A DNA stretch of 64,000 nucleotides from a virus (Duplodnaviria > Caudoviricetes), in IMG/VR virus record IMGVR_UViG_2974646641_000001, positions 9,788-73,787 of that record; one strand, given 5' to 3'. Positions within the stretch are counted from its first letter, which is position 1. Each line of letters starts with the position of its first letter. Position numbers and translations under genes: made by a program. The notes under the pieces are model-generated. The model saw nothing but the letters and a program-made list of their open reading frames with translations, searched no databases and had not been told where the DNA came from. Below are positions 39,972 to 50,158 of this stretch, in pieces.

Positions 39972-40154
39972 CTATTCTGGCAATATTTTTTCAACACTGC
40001 TTCGCTCGAATAACTTGGTTTCGGTTGAGTCAGTAATTGAAACAACTAACATATCGTCTGTTCGTTGAGCCATGTCAAAAACATTAATTAATGCGACCAC
40101 AACACCATAGATGTTTGTTCCTTTAATCTTAACAAAATCTCCGACAGAAAACAT
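39972..40154 (-). CDS. small SH3/KOW-like beta protein
   Basis: FSVGDFVKIK...GVVV pattern. Confidence 0.5.
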   Translation of the reverse strand: MFSVGDFVKIKGTNIYGVVVALINVFDMAQRTDDMLVVSITDSTETKLFERSSVEKILPE

Positions 40155-40157
40155 TGA

Positions 40158-40769
40158 TTAGTCCTCCTCATTTAGTAGTTTTTCAACTTTACGAGCTACG
40201 CTGTCGCCAAACTTGGTTCTGACGGATTCCGAGGCTTGGCTATTATAACAGGCGAACCAAAAGCCGTGATGTGATTTTCGTTTGCATTTGATAACATCGG
40301 TAATGTGTTGTTGATAGGCCCCAAGCTGTCTAGCCGCTTCCATTCGTGACGGGAAACATAAGATTTCACACGTTGTTAAATTGATTGCAATTACACGCTG
40401 TCCCCGTGACTTGCCATATTTTTCAACATATTGCTGATTGTAGAAACCATCGCACCACTCCAAATTATCAACCAGATTGTTGGCTGGATTGCAATCAATA
40501 TGATTAACTTGCGGTAGGCTGTCTGGATTATCAATAAAGCAACTTGCAACAACACGATGAACAAGCGCGTGAACTATTTTTCCGCCTGTCCTAAACGACA
40601 CATACATGTAACCATTTTTATGTCGGTGTTGCTTCAACACACGACCCTTAATCAATTGCTTGCGGCCGTCCTTACCTGTCACGTAGTGGTCGAGTGTCCT
40701 CACCCTACCTAAATTACTACCTTGCAACCACTCAATTTCTGGATAAGTCTTCCAAATTTCATTTTCCAT
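40158..40769 (-). CDS. NUMOD4-HNH-NUMOD1 homing endonuclease
   Basis: EIWKTYPE; LVHRVVA..VNHIDCNPANN..DNLEW; FPSRMEAARQL. Confidence 0.9.
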   Translation of the reverse strand: MENEIWKTYPEIEWLQGSNLGRVRTLDHYVTGKDGRKQLIKGRVLKQHRHKNGYMYVSFRTGGKIVHALVHRVVASCFIDNPDSLPQVNHIDCNPANNLVDNLEWCDGFYNQQYVEKYGKSRGQRVIAINLTTCEILCFPSRMEAARQLGAYQQHITDVIKCKRKSHHGFWFACYNSQASESVRTKFGDSVARKVEKLLNEED

Positions 40770-40864
40770 TCTTAAAATCCTCCTTAATTTATATTTCTTG
40801 ATATGATTCAATTGTAACATTGTCTGAATATTTTGTCAACCACTTCTTTGTAATTTGTTGTTAA

Positions 40865-41685
40865 TAAATAGAGAAATCATACGTGTTTCTATGTTTATGG
40901 AAAAATTTCTCGCCTTAGAAACCGGCTCTGTGTGCATATCAACTAATAACAACCAATCTGACGAACTGGTCTGTTTCTCAACGAGTTGGATTCAACGTGA
41001 CGTCTAGTATATGAAAAACACCTTAGTTTAGCTTAGCCCGGCACTCACATAATCGTGCCCCAACCATAAAAACCCAAAACCAATTAATATTTAGATTGAT
41101 TCTGGTTTGTTTAGTTAGATGTAACTTTAATTTAACACAAGACTAGAACCACCGCTGTTTGTAATGCGATTTGTTGAGCTGAACAGTCCTTTGCCTTAGC
41201 TCATATAAAAAAGTGCAGACTAATACACTGACTAAGAAACAAAGGATTGTGAGTTGTTCGCAACGCTGATAGTGTCGCCTCACGGGAGATTTATCCTTGA
41301 TTAGTATTTCAACTAATCACTAGCTTTCTACTACTACGTCATCTGTCCAAGTAGCTTAGCTTTCGCATATCTTCTAGTTTGCCTTACAGAGTGAGTTGAG
41401 TCTAATCGCCATATTAATAGTAAATAACAGAACTCATATCTGCCAGTGACTAGCTTAGTACGATTAGCGAACTTTGGCCCTTTTCCATTCCGTCTTTAGC
41501 ATATCCATTTCATAAGGACTTAGCTTTCATCATACGATTAGAGGCTTCGGAAATTTTACCCCTTGACGCAACCAGCACCACTTCAAATCTCCTAAAGCAA
41601 TACCGGCACTTACCTATTTGTTAGTAACGCAGTAGGTTTTCTGCGCTGAATATTTGGTGCTTATTAAGTTTTCGTTATTTTATGT
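40865..41685 (-). ncRNA. candidate large structured ncRNA (~820 nt; GOLLD/ROOL-like class possible)
   Basis: no ORF >=60 aa on either strand; leftward promoters; many stems; 7x CUAAG; 3x GAAAGCUA; 3' hairpin. Confidence 0.7.
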
Positions 41686-41689
41686 CTAT

Positions 41690-41719
41690 ATAATAGCACA
41701 TTTTTTTCAAGCTTGTCAA
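41690..41719 (-). promoter_or_regulatory. leftward promoter driving the ncRNA candidate
   Basis: TTGACA-18-TATTAT with extended TG. Confidence 0.75.
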
Positions 41720-41825
41720 TAGTTTTTACTAACTTTTTAAACTCTTTGTGCTACGGTATCATCTTATCACAATGGCCTTTTATTGTCAACTAAAAAAATA
41801 TTTTTATCTTTTTTGTAATTTACTA

Positions 41826-41856
41826 TTGACTTTGTGTTGGAATCATGCTATTATAT
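41826..41856 (+). promoter_or_regulatory. rightward promoter of the replication block
   Basis: TTGACT...TG-C-TATTAT, then AAAGGAGG RBS. Confidence 0.75.
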
Positions 41857-41885
41857 AGTCACATTCAAAAAAGGAGGAAATAGCG

Positions 41886-42170
41886 ATGGAAAGGCGAATC
41901 ATTATGAGTCCAGACGAATATGAGGAATTAGAAGCAGATTCAAACCGTCTTGAATACTTTATGTCGCTTTTTAAGGTTGATGGACAAGATGTAATTCTGA
42001 ATAAAACTTCAATTTTATCCCTAGTATTATCGAAGCAATTGGTCGATGAGGGCTACGAACGGGTAACAACTATCTATGGGAGTGGTAAGGCAATTGCACT
42101 AGAAGGATTTAAAGAAGACGGTCAGACTAAAGAAATGGGGTTGGACGATTATGAAATTAAAATTCAGTAA
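41886..42170 (+). CDS. hypothetical protein
   Basis: 94 aa; AAAGGAGG RBS. Confidence 0.65.
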   Translation: MERRIIMSPDEYEELEADSNRLEYFMSLFKVDGQDVILNKTSILSLVLSKQLVDEGYERVTTIYGSGKAIALEGFKEDGQTKEMGLDDYEIKIQ

Positions 42171-42648
42171 AGAAAGTGCGGTTCCAGAACACTATCAAAA
42201 AGATGGTCAGGACTTGTTGTCACACCTTGAACATATCTTACCGGAAGACGAAATGCGTGGCGCTTACCGTTTTAACGTTATGAAGTACGCTACCAGAGCT
42301 GGACGTAAAGATGACATTATTTTAGAACTTGACAAAATTACCCAGTATGCTGAACGCTGGAAGCAATTTGAACAGTCATTAAGAAAACAAGATGGTTTTG
42401 ACCGTATGCTTCAATTCAAACAACGTTATTACGATGGTCAGCAGATTGCAATGTATGTTGATGAGGCTGTACAAGATAGCGATACGTGTCGTTTAACCTT
42501 AGATGGCGTTCCGGCATATATTAATTCACTAAACTTTATTGTTTGCACTGACCAGCCTGTTTGCTATTCTAAGAAGCAATTGATGAAGTTCTTTAACACA
42601 TGCAGTAATGATAAGTTTGTTAATTTGGAAATCTCAATCAAAAAATAG
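42151..42648 (+). CDS. DUF3310-family protein with C-terminal extension
   Basis: PEHY...G...FNVMKY..RAGRK...ELDKI..Y. Confidence 0.7.
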   Translation: MKLKFSKESAVPEHYQKDGQDLLSHLEHILPEDEMRGAYRFNVMKYATRAGRKDDIILELDKITQYAERWKQFEQSLRKQDGFDRMLQFKQRYYDGQQIAMYVDEAVQDSDTCRLTLDGVPAYINSLNFIVCTDQPVCYSKKQLMKFFNTCSNDKFVNLEISIKK

Positions 42649-42666
42649 AAAGGACAGGAAATCAAT

Positions 42667-43374
42667 TTGTTAATCAATATTATGGCCTCGTTTGGGGCTG
42701 GCAAAAGCTCGTTGGTAAAAATTTTAGGTGGGGATTTGAATGCGAAAGAATATTTGGAAGACCCGTATGCTATTCCGATTCTAAAGGATTATTATTCTGG
42801 TGGTAAGGAAACTCGTAAAAAGTACGGATTCCCTTTGCAAATCGCATGGCTAGATGAACGTTTCTCACAACTGCGAGAAGCTGTCGTACAAGACCGTGCT
42901 GTCATGGATTCCAATTTGGTTGCAGATTCGATTGTCTACAAAGTTATTCACGACCGTGGCGAAACGACAGACCAAGAATATTTCTTATATTTGAAGTTAT
43001 TGCGCCATATGTTAGATTCAGTTAGTGCAGAACCAAAAGGACATTATCCAGACTTATATGTGTTCTTAGATATTTCCCCAGAGAATGAGATTAAGAGTAT
43101 CTTAGAACGCAATCGTGCAATGGAAACGACCGACCCGGCATTGATTGAATACTATCACTCAATTAATGATGGTTTTAAGAACTGGGCTGATTCTTACAGT
43201 GAAGCACCAATTGTTAGAATCGACAGAAACAAATATGACTTTGTGAACAGTACCGAAGATAGGATTGTTGTTTTAGACACAATTGAAAAAGCGTTGGTCG
43301 ATTTAGGTTACTTGACTGATTCAGAATTTGACGAAATTAAAAATACACGAGAGAAGCGAGGAGTTTTAAAATAA
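42667..43374 (+). CDS. deoxynucleoside kinase (dAK/dGK family)
   Basis: ASFGAGKSSL; YLEDP; LQI..L..RF; PDLYVFLD; RI..RNRAME. Confidence 0.9.
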   Translation: MLINIMASFGAGKSSLVKILGGDLNAKEYLEDPYAIPILKDYYSGGKETRKKYGFPLQIAWLDERFSQLREAVVQDRAVMDSNLVADSIVYKVIHDRGETTDQEYFLYLKLLRHMLDSVSAEPKGHYPDLYVFLDISPENEIKSILERNRAMETTDPALIEYYHSINDGFKNWADSYSEAPIVRIDRNKYDFVNSTEDRIVVLDTIEKALVDLGYLTDSEFDEIKNTREKRGVLK

Positions 43375-43574
43375 TGGACACTTTAATTAATATTTTGACT
43401 TTCTTATTGGTAGCGGCATTGATGGTAGTATTCTACGGTATCGTAGCGGCAGTGCTTGGCGCATTGTGGGGCTTTAATGTTTCACTTGCTCTAGCACTCC
43501 GAGCTGGAGTCACTGGTTATATCCTGTCGATTGTGGCTCCAATGATTTTCTGTTCACCATCATCAGACGAATAG
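43374..43574 (+). CDS. small membrane protein
   Basis: two hydrophobic segments; TAATG coupling. Confidence 0.6.
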   Translation: MDTLINILTFLLVAALMVVFYGIVAAVLGALWGFNVSLALALRAGVTGYILSIVAPMIFCSPSSDE

Positions 43575-43658
43575 AATTAAAAAGTTTGAAAACACGCTTG
43601 CAAGGCGTGTTTTTTTGTGCTATAATACTTGTATAGTAAGAGAAAGGATTGATGGTAC

Positions 43659-44132
43659 ATGAGATTAATAACTTGCTACGGGCCTAATTGCTACAAGCAA
43701 GGAATTAAACACCCTAAAGACGAATTAACAGAGTTCCACGGCAAAAACTATTGTAATAAATGTTTAAATGAAGTGATGAGTGATTATGAGTTCAGAACGT
43801 CACTAACAATATTATTGCTGGGCGATTATAAGGGAAGCCCTTATCTTCCGTCAATGGTTGAAAACCAAATCAAGAAATATCTTAAAATGGGTATGACCTA
43901 TGAGGGTATGTATCGTACAGCAACATGGCTTAAAAGGGAAAAAGGAATTGTATTTGAAAGAAAATATGGAATTGGCCTGATTAGGCATTACTATGACAGT
44001 TATTCTAGCTATAAAGAAGATAACAAGAATGACAATCAAGCAACCGGGAGAGAAGCGGTCGTGGTAATAGCTAAGCCAGAACGCAGACATAAGCAAATCA
44101 AGGAAATAAATGGAGATGATTTATTTGATTAA
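43659..44132 (+). CDS. Zn-finger protein upstream of helicase (possible loader/initiator)
   Basis: CYGPNC...YCNKC; adjacent to helicase. Confidence 0.5.
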   Translation: MRLITCYGPNCYKQGIKHPKDELTEFHGKNYCNKCLNEVMSDYEFRTSLTILLLGDYKGSPYLPSMVENQIKKYLKMGMTYEGMYRTATWLKREKGIVFERKYGIGLIRHYYDSYSSYKEDNKNDNQATGREAVVVIAKPERRHKQIKEINGDDLFD

Positions 44133-45714
44133 CCAAAACGAATTAAAGGCATTAATCCCACAAAGCCAGATTTTTGGAGTGTTAGGTGTTCTATTAAATA
44201 ACCCGGAAAAATTACTTTCAGATAACGTATGCTTGGACAAAGAAGATTTTCAGAACAAGGTTCACCGCATTATCTTCTTTGCAATCAACAACATTATTAA
44301 AGAATCGCAACACTTAAAAGAAATATCAGCAATTGACGTTGACACATATCTAACGCAGTTTGAGCAGTATCATTCAATCTTTGCTTCTGCCAAAGGAATT
44401 GATTACATTCAATCAGCAAAAGACAACGCCAACGTTGGTACGTTTAACTCAAACTACCATTATCTAAAGAAGATGACGGTGCTTCGTAAGTTTGCAGAAA
44501 AGGGTATCGACATTAGCGATATTTATGATATTCACACCGAGGACGTTAAGCTGTTGGAAGACCAACAAAAACGGCTTAGCCAATTATCGGAGGAAGACAT
44601 TGTCAACCACTTTACTCAAATCGTCAGTGGTATTAGAAATGAAGTTTCAGATTGGCAAAATAATTCATCGTCTTTCTCTGCTGGTGATGATATTGAGGAC
44701 TTTATTGAACATATCAATGACGCCCCTCAGTATGGATATGGATTTAAAGATAGCTTCATGAACTCGTTAACGGGTGGTATGCAATTCGGAAAGCTATTCT
44801 TACGTTCAATGAAAACCGGTGGTGGGAAGACTCGTTTAGGACTTTTAGACTTGATTAACGTGTCTATCACAGAACAGTACAACTGGCATACTAAAAAGTG
44901 GGTTAAAAATGATGATGTTGAGCCATCTTTATTTATCTCAACAGAGCTGGATAAACATGAAATTCAAATGATTCTGTTGTCAGCAATCACTAATTTAACA
45001 CCAGAAATCATTCGGCGTGGGAACTACGACCCAGCAACAAAGAAGACTATTGCTCATGCCGCAGAGGTTTTGCACGATTCGCCAATGCACTTCAAGGAAA
45101 TCCAAGATTTCAGTATTGACGATGTCATGTCAATCATTGACGAATATGTTTTTAATTATGACGTGAAATACGTCAACTTCGATTATATTCAAGCAGTACC
45201 GAAGCTATTGCGAACTGGTTCTGAACTTTACGGCGGACGTGATATTCGTGACGACCGTATCTTGTTAGCCTTGACCGACAAGCTTCGTAACAAGGCCAAG
45301 GAACTCGATATTTTCATTCAGTCAGCAACGCAGATTTCACCATCTGGTGAACTTGATTATGAATACAGCCGCACTGAACGTGCCTTACGTGACTCTAAAT
45401 CAATCGCTGATAAGATTGACGTTGGCGTAATTTCAGCCGAAGTTAATGGAAAAGACTTGAAGAATTTGGAAAACTTAATTAATAACGCTGACGTTAACCC
45501 CTATGGTCTGGAACCTAACATGGGTCACTTCATTTATAAGAACCGTCTTGGAAAGAAATCGGTAGTTATTTGGACGTACACAAACCTAGGTACACTGTAT
45601 AGCTATCCTTTGTTCGTGACCGATTACAACTACAACTTAGTTGATGTACCGAGAACTAAAATTACAGTTGGCAGTGATGGAAAATTTGGTGTTGATGAAG
45701 ATTTAGTTTTTTAG
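44110..45714 (+). CDS. dnaB: DnaB-like replicative helicase
   Basis: MKTGGGKTR; FISTEL; FDYIQ; SATQI; DSKSIADK.D. Confidence 0.88.
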   Translation: MEMIYLINQNELKALIPQSQIFGVLGVLLNNPEKLLSDNVCLDKEDFQNKVHRIIFFAINNIIKESQHLKEISAIDVDTYLTQFEQYHSIFASAKGIDYIQSAKDNANVGTFNSNYHYLKKMTVLRKFAEKGIDISDIYDIHTEDVKLLEDQQKRLSQLSEEDIVNHFTQIVSGIRNEVSDWQNNSSSFSAGDDIEDFIEHINDAPQYGYGFKDSFMNSLTGGMQFGKLFLRSMKTGGGKTRLGLLDLINVSITEQYNWHTKKWVKNDDVEPSLFISTELDKHEIQMILLSAITNLTPEIIRRGNYDPATKKTIAHAAEVLHDSPMHFKEIQDFSIDDVMSIIDEYVFNYDVKYVNFDYIQAVPKLLRTGSELYGGRDIRDDRILLALTDKLRNKAKELDIFIQSATQISPSGELDYEYSRTERALRDSKSIADKIDVGVISAEVNGKDLKNLENLINNADVNPYGLEPNMGHFIYKNRLGKKSVVIWTYTNLGTLYSYPLFVTDYNYNLVDVPRTKITVGSDGKFGVDEDLVF

Positions 45715-45726
45715 AGGTATGGGAAA

Positions 45727-46764
45727 ATGAAATATTATAAGAGTGATTTAAACAAAGTTATTGATTATTATGGTTTTGATTATCGGGAGGGAAATGGAAA
45801 TTGTCAATTAAGAACTTACTGTCACCACCACGATGGTGACGGAAACTACAAACTATATGCTTATTTTGATGACGATGAATCAGTTCATCTCTATTGTTAT
45901 TCGAGTTGTGGTTCTATGGACTTGGTCGGCTTCATCATGCACTACAAAGATTGCAATTACTACACAGCCCAGAATGAAATCGACATGATTGTTGGCAGGC
46001 GCCATCAAGTCGGTTTTGTGGCACAGGAGTTATATAATCCAGCAAAGCAACTTGAAAAGAGGCATGAGAATAAAAGCTCTGCTGACATAAAAAGGTTGAG
46101 TGCCGAGATTTTAAGTTCTTATAGCAATTATGCCTACGAGGGCTGGGTGAATGAGGGGATTAGCACTGAAACGCAAGCGAAGTTCGGCATTCGGTTCTCA
46201 ATCCCTGATAATAAAGTGATAATTCCGCAAGTCGATAAAGATGGTGAATTGATTGGGGTTCGTGGTCGTAGCTTAGACCAGTATGAAGTTGAAACTTACG
46301 GCAAGTATCGGCCAGTGACATTCAGAGGCCAGACGCTATCGTTCCCGACCAGCTTGAACTGGTATGGCCTATACCAGAACAAAGAAATAATCATGAAGAC
46401 GAAACAGGTGATTATCTTTGAATCTGAAAAGTCGGTTATGCAGTTAGATACGATGATGAACGGACACGGTAATGGTTTGGCACTTTCTGGTTCAAGTATT
46501 TCTGATTGGCAGATAAGAGAGCTGATGAATCTGGATATAAATGAGGTTGTTGTTGGTCTTGATAAAGACTATAAAGATGAGGCCGGTTATAATCTTCATG
46601 CCAACTTGATTGTGAAGATGTTTAGCAAACTACTACTTAGATTCAATGTGACAGTTATATTTGATGATGTGGACGGTTTGCTTGGCTATAAGGACAGCCC
46701 CACTGATTGTGGTAAAGAAACATTTCTAAAACTAATGAAAACTAGGAAGGTAATGAGTTTATGA
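45727..46764 (+). CDS. DNA primase (Zn-binding + TOPRIM)
   Basis: CHH...CYSSC; IIPQ.D..G..IGVRGR; IFESEKS; GLDKD. Confidence 0.88.
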   Translation: MKYYKSDLNKVIDYYGFDYREGNGNCQLRTYCHHHDGDGNYKLYAYFDDDESVHLYCYSSCGSMDLVGFIMHYKDCNYYTAQNEIDMIVGRRHQVGFVAQELYNPAKQLEKRHENKSSADIKRLSAEILSSYSNYAYEGWVNEGISTETQAKFGIRFSIPDNKVIIPQVDKDGELIGVRGRSLDQYEVETYGKYRPVTFRGQTLSFPTSLNWYGLYQNKEIIMKTKQVIIFESEKSVMQLDTMMNGHGNGLALSGSSISDWQIRELMNLDINEVVVGLDKDYKDEAGYNLHANLIVKMFSKLLLRFNVTVIFDDVDGLLGYKDSPTDCGKETFLKLMKTRKVMSL

Positions 46765-48503
46765 GAATTGTAAAAAGTGACGAAGATTTAGCGAACGACC
46801 AGATTGACGGGTTCAATATTAATATTTTGCCAAAGACTGTGGGGAATATGGTCGAGCAAGCGATTGAATATCGAAAACATCACGTCTGGGACACGAGTGA
46901 TGGCTCTATTGATGTTGATGATTTGCCGTATAAGTCCGAGTTGAACAGGATAGCTGATGACTTACACGAAAACAACCGTAGAATCGCTATCCTAGTCGAT
47001 GTCGATGTGGACGGTTATTGTTCGTCAGCCATCATCTATAAGGCGTTGAAAGCCGTTAACGAGAAGCTGGATATTGATACTTTGCTTCCGAATGCTAAGT
47101 TGCACGGTATCAAAGCCAACATTGACTTGGTCAAGAAGGATTATGATTATCTATTCTTGCCTGATAGTTCAGCTAACGACTTGCACACGATTGCAGAGCT
47201 GGAAAAGAGCGGAACAAAATGCGTTGTTATTGACCACCATATTATTGAACAGGAACCGTATCTATTGGACAACCCCGATAAGTTCTTGATTTGTAGCAAT
47301 CAATATCAAGATTCAGAACTAGACCGTAACTTGACTGGTGCGGGTATGGCATTACTGGTTACTAAACTCTGGAAGCAGAAGTACGATATTGAGCTTAATT
47401 ATGACTTGGCGGCCTTGGGACAGATTGCAGATATGAGTAATCTGGACGATAAAGACATTTGGGAAATTGTTCAAAAAGGGTTAGCGAATATGAACAGCAA
47501 AATGTTGACGACTTTCTTTGAAGATGACCTAGAACTTCTCACGGTTAAACACTTGCAATTTAGTTTAATACCCCGTATCAATGCTGTGTCACGAATTGGT
47601 GAACACGAAGACCGCGAACTTATCTTTGACGCTTTGATTGACCAAGATGAATTAAAACCCGTGAGTGTTCGTCATAAAGGACAAGACGGTAAATTTCACA
47701 CGGAAACCGTCAAAATGGACGTTTACAGCCGTGCAAAACGAACACTGGATAAAGTAAAAGGACGTCAAGATAGACTGGTTAAAAAGGCTCTAAAGGACGT
47801 TGAGTTTCTCACTAACAGAAATGATAATTTCAACGTAGCTGTACTAGACAAGAAATACGACAAAGGGATTTCGGGTTTAGTCGCGAACAAAATGCTCGGC
47901 AATACTAAGCAACCAACATTGGTAGTAAAACGAAACGGTGAGCGCCTAGACGGTTCTGGACGCTTTCCAGTGACAATTAATGGATTGCAACTGTTACAAG
48001 GCGTTAATGCTTTCGCCGCAGGTCATGAGCAGGCATTCGGTGTTGGTTTTAAGGCTAACCAGTTTGACGATGTTTCAGAAGCGATTGGAATAGCCGTCAA
48101 TGACGCTCCTGATTATGTTTATCGTGTTGATGAAGCGTTAGTTAACGAATTGCCAAGTGTAGCAGAAATTAGAGCAATCTATCAAAGTTCCAAAACGTTC
48201 CGTGGCGCAAAAGACGAGCCACTTATAGCTGTGCTCGGACTAAAGGTTGAGAAACGAAACATCACATTGAAGAATAATTGGCTAAAAATCACATTAGGAG
48301 ATATTATAGTTAACGACTTTAATGCGACAGACGACATTAAACGCTACGTTGAGTCTGGCTTCGGCGACAAATGTTTTAGTTTTGTTTGTTCGGCAGGGTT
48401 TAATTTCTGGACTGGGCGACCGATTCCGACATTAACTGTTGAGAAATTAGTTAAAAGTGATGGTGTTGAGGTCGGGGTTACTAAGGATAACTTCATCTTC
48501 TAA
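46761..48503 (+). CDS. recJ: RecJ-like DHH ssDNA exonuclease
   Basis: DVDVDG, IDHH, LAALGQIADM, PRINAVSR, GH..AFG. Confidence 0.9.
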   Translation: MRIVKSDEDLANDQIDGFNINILPKTVGNMVEQAIEYRKHHVWDTSDGSIDVDDLPYKSELNRIADDLHENNRRIAILVDVDVDGYCSSAIIYKALKAVNEKLDIDTLLPNAKLHGIKANIDLVKKDYDYLFLPDSSANDLHTIAELEKSGTKCVVIDHHIIEQEPYLLDNPDKFLICSNQYQDSELDRNLTGAGMALLVTKLWKQKYDIELNYDLAALGQIADMSNLDDKDIWEIVQKGLANMNSKMLTTFFEDDLELLTVKHLQFSLIPRINAVSRIGEHEDRELIFDALIDQDELKPVSVRHKGQDGKFHTETVKMDVYSRAKRTLDKVKGRQDRLVKKALKDVEFLTNRNDNFNVAVLDKKYDKGISGLVANKMLGNTKQPTLVVKRNGERLDGSGRFPVTINGLQLLQGVNAFAAGHEQAFGVGFKANQFDDVSEAIGIAVNDAPDYVYRVDEALVNELPSVAEIRAIYQSSKTFRGAKDEPLIAVLGLKVEKRNITLKNNWLKITLGDIIVNDFNATDDIKRYVESGFGDKCFSFVCSAGFNFWTGRPIPTLTVEKLVKSDGVEVGVTKDNFIF

Positions 48504-48507
48504 AATT

Positions 48508-48530
48508 AAGAGCAGAAATGCTCTTTTTTA
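48508..48530 (+). terminator. intrinsic terminator
   Basis: aagagca-gaaa-tgctctt + T-run. Confidence 0.8.
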
Positions 48531-48707
48531 TTTTTGCGTTTTTTTAAGAAGTGTTGACATTTGGTAGAATACGCAGTATAATTGATTCATAAATTAAAGG
48601 GAAGAGGTAATATGAATGAAAAATCAAGATTATTTTAAATGATGGTTGACATAGACGATGTATTCTGGTAAAATACAGAGTGTGATAAGAAAAAAGGAGT
48701 GATAGTA

Positions 48708-49028
48708 ATGCGAGAGCTAACACAAGCAGAGGCTTACGAATTATCTGTTAGAAGTAAAGCAACCAAAAGCAATCTAGGTAGCCTAGACGATGATAAACAA
48801 AAGGTAATGAGGGATATTCTTTCACTGACTGGTTTTGGTTTTGATGTCACAATTTCTGTCTACAAAAACCAAGATTGTCGAGGATATTTTGAGCCAGAAG
48901 ATTTACTGTTGAAGAACTACAAGGGAATCAAAAAGTGGTTAAAATCACTTGGCTATAAGGTCGAATTATTTCCGGCCGCTTGGATTCCTTGCGAACAACA
49001 CTTTTTAACTGTTGATTGGAGGAAATAA
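48708..49028 (+). CDS. hypothetical protein
   Basis: AAGGAG RBS; upstream promoter-like sequence. Confidence 0.6.
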   Translation: MRELTQAEAYELSVRSKATKSNLGSLDDDKQKVMRDILSLTGFGFDVTISVYKNQDCRGYFEPEDLLLKNYKGIKKWLKSLGYKVELFPAAWIPCEQHFLTVDWRK

Positions 49029-49031
49029 ATC

Positions 49032-49205
49032 ATGAAATTTAGGAAACCAACAAAATTACACAAACACCATTGGGTTTTGGTAACTGACCAGCCTTGGCTA
49101 AAAACATTCGGAGGTTTATCAGTTTTGCACTGTTCTATCTGTGGTCAGGTTACGAACGTCCCGAAAGATTGTGTAGACAAAATTGAAGCTAAAACACGTT
49201 TATAG
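49032..49205 (+). CDS. small CxxC protein (57 aa)
   Basis: MKFRKPTKLHKHHW...HCSICG; GGAGG RBS. Confidence 0.55.
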   Translation: MKFRKPTKLHKHHWVLVTDQPWLKTFGGLSVLHCSICGQVTNVPKDCVDKIEAKTRL

Positions 49206-49211
49206 GAGGAA

Positions 49212-49598
49212 TTGAAAATGAAGATTAAAAAGTATCTAAGCACGGTATTTGATGATACCAACCGAAAAGTTTATTTATTTAATCCACGAACAGGTAAGAC
49301 GAAATCAGCACCATCAGGGCTATCTTTCACGGTTACATTATTTGGGCCAATTGCTCCGTTATTCCGAGGTGATTTTCTAGGGTTCCTATTAATTTTAGCG
49401 ATTTACGTTTTTACTGGTTTTAATCCATTTATTAATATCTTGGGAATTTTGTTAACCTCGGTTTTCTATAATTACTTTTACATCTCACACAAAATCAACA
49501 GTGGCTACACAGTAATGTCAGACGAAGGTAAGAAAATGCTGTTAGACCACGGCTATGACGTTAATACGACTATCTATCGAGGTGATTACCATGAATAA
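49212..49598 (+). CDS. membrane protein (DUF2628/HrgC-like)
   Basis: K..P.G.S.T..LFG..APLFRGD; TM segments. Confidence 0.55.
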   Translation: MKMKIKKYLSTVFDDTNRKVYLFNPRTGKTKSAPSGLSFTVTLFGPIAPLFRGDFLGFLLILAIYVFTGFNPFINILGILLTSVFYNYFYISHKINSGYTVMSDEGKKMLLDHGYDVNTTIYRGDYHE

Positions 49599-49923
49599 AC
49601 TATTAAAAATGATTGCACTACTTGCTTCTTACTGGATTGTGTTGTACACTGTATATCAATATACTGATATTCTAAAAGGCCCCGGATTTAAGCACGCAGT
49701 GTTCATGATTGTCTTGACAACACTGTACACGTATTTGTTGTCGGCCATCAATAAAGAAACGTTCAGTTTGACTTTCAGCATTCCAGCCATGATTTTCTAT
49801 GTAATTGGGGTTGCTGGTTACGTCATCTGTGCAGGTGCAGGGTTTGGTAATGGTGCCGCTTGGTTAGTATCAATCGTGGCGACAGCATTCCTAATTACTG
49901 GGGTAGTGGAATTTAATGAATGA
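49591..49923 (+). CDS. four-TM membrane protein
   Basis: hydrophobic helices; start MNKLL. Confidence 0.55.
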   Translation: MNKLLKMIALLASYWIVLYTVYQYTDILKGPGFKHAVFMIVLTTLYTYLLSAINKETFSLTFSIPAMIFYVIGVAGYVICAGAGFGNGAAWLVSIVATAFLITGVVEFNE

Positions 49924-50158
49924 AGCAAAAAAGTTCCGCACACTCGGCGCTTCTATGGCATTCGCACAGGCTAATCGCTTAGTGTGGTATACTAATTGTT
50001 GGAAATATTGCAATTATGACCCTATCGCTGGTTTAAAAGCTAAAGCTGGTGACGATGTAAAATACGTTGTTACAGAAGTTGGGGAAACATATCAAATTTT
50101 CTATGAAAAGAAAGGGGAAACAAAAAATGAATGGTTACGCAAAAAGAAAAAACGGTAA
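49916..50158 (+). CDS. hypothetical protein
   Basis: overlap-coupled 80 aa ORF. Confidence 0.55.
   Translation: MNEAKKFRTLGASMAFAQANRLVWYTNCWKYCNYDPIAGLKAKAGDDVKYVVTEVGETYQIFYEKKGETKNEWLRKKKKR

Noticed and set aside
40865-41685. Group I/II intron interpretation of the structured region
   Set aside because: It does not interrupt a gene, has its own promoter, and shows no convincing domain V or P7 motif (GAGCCGG near 40925 does not form D5)
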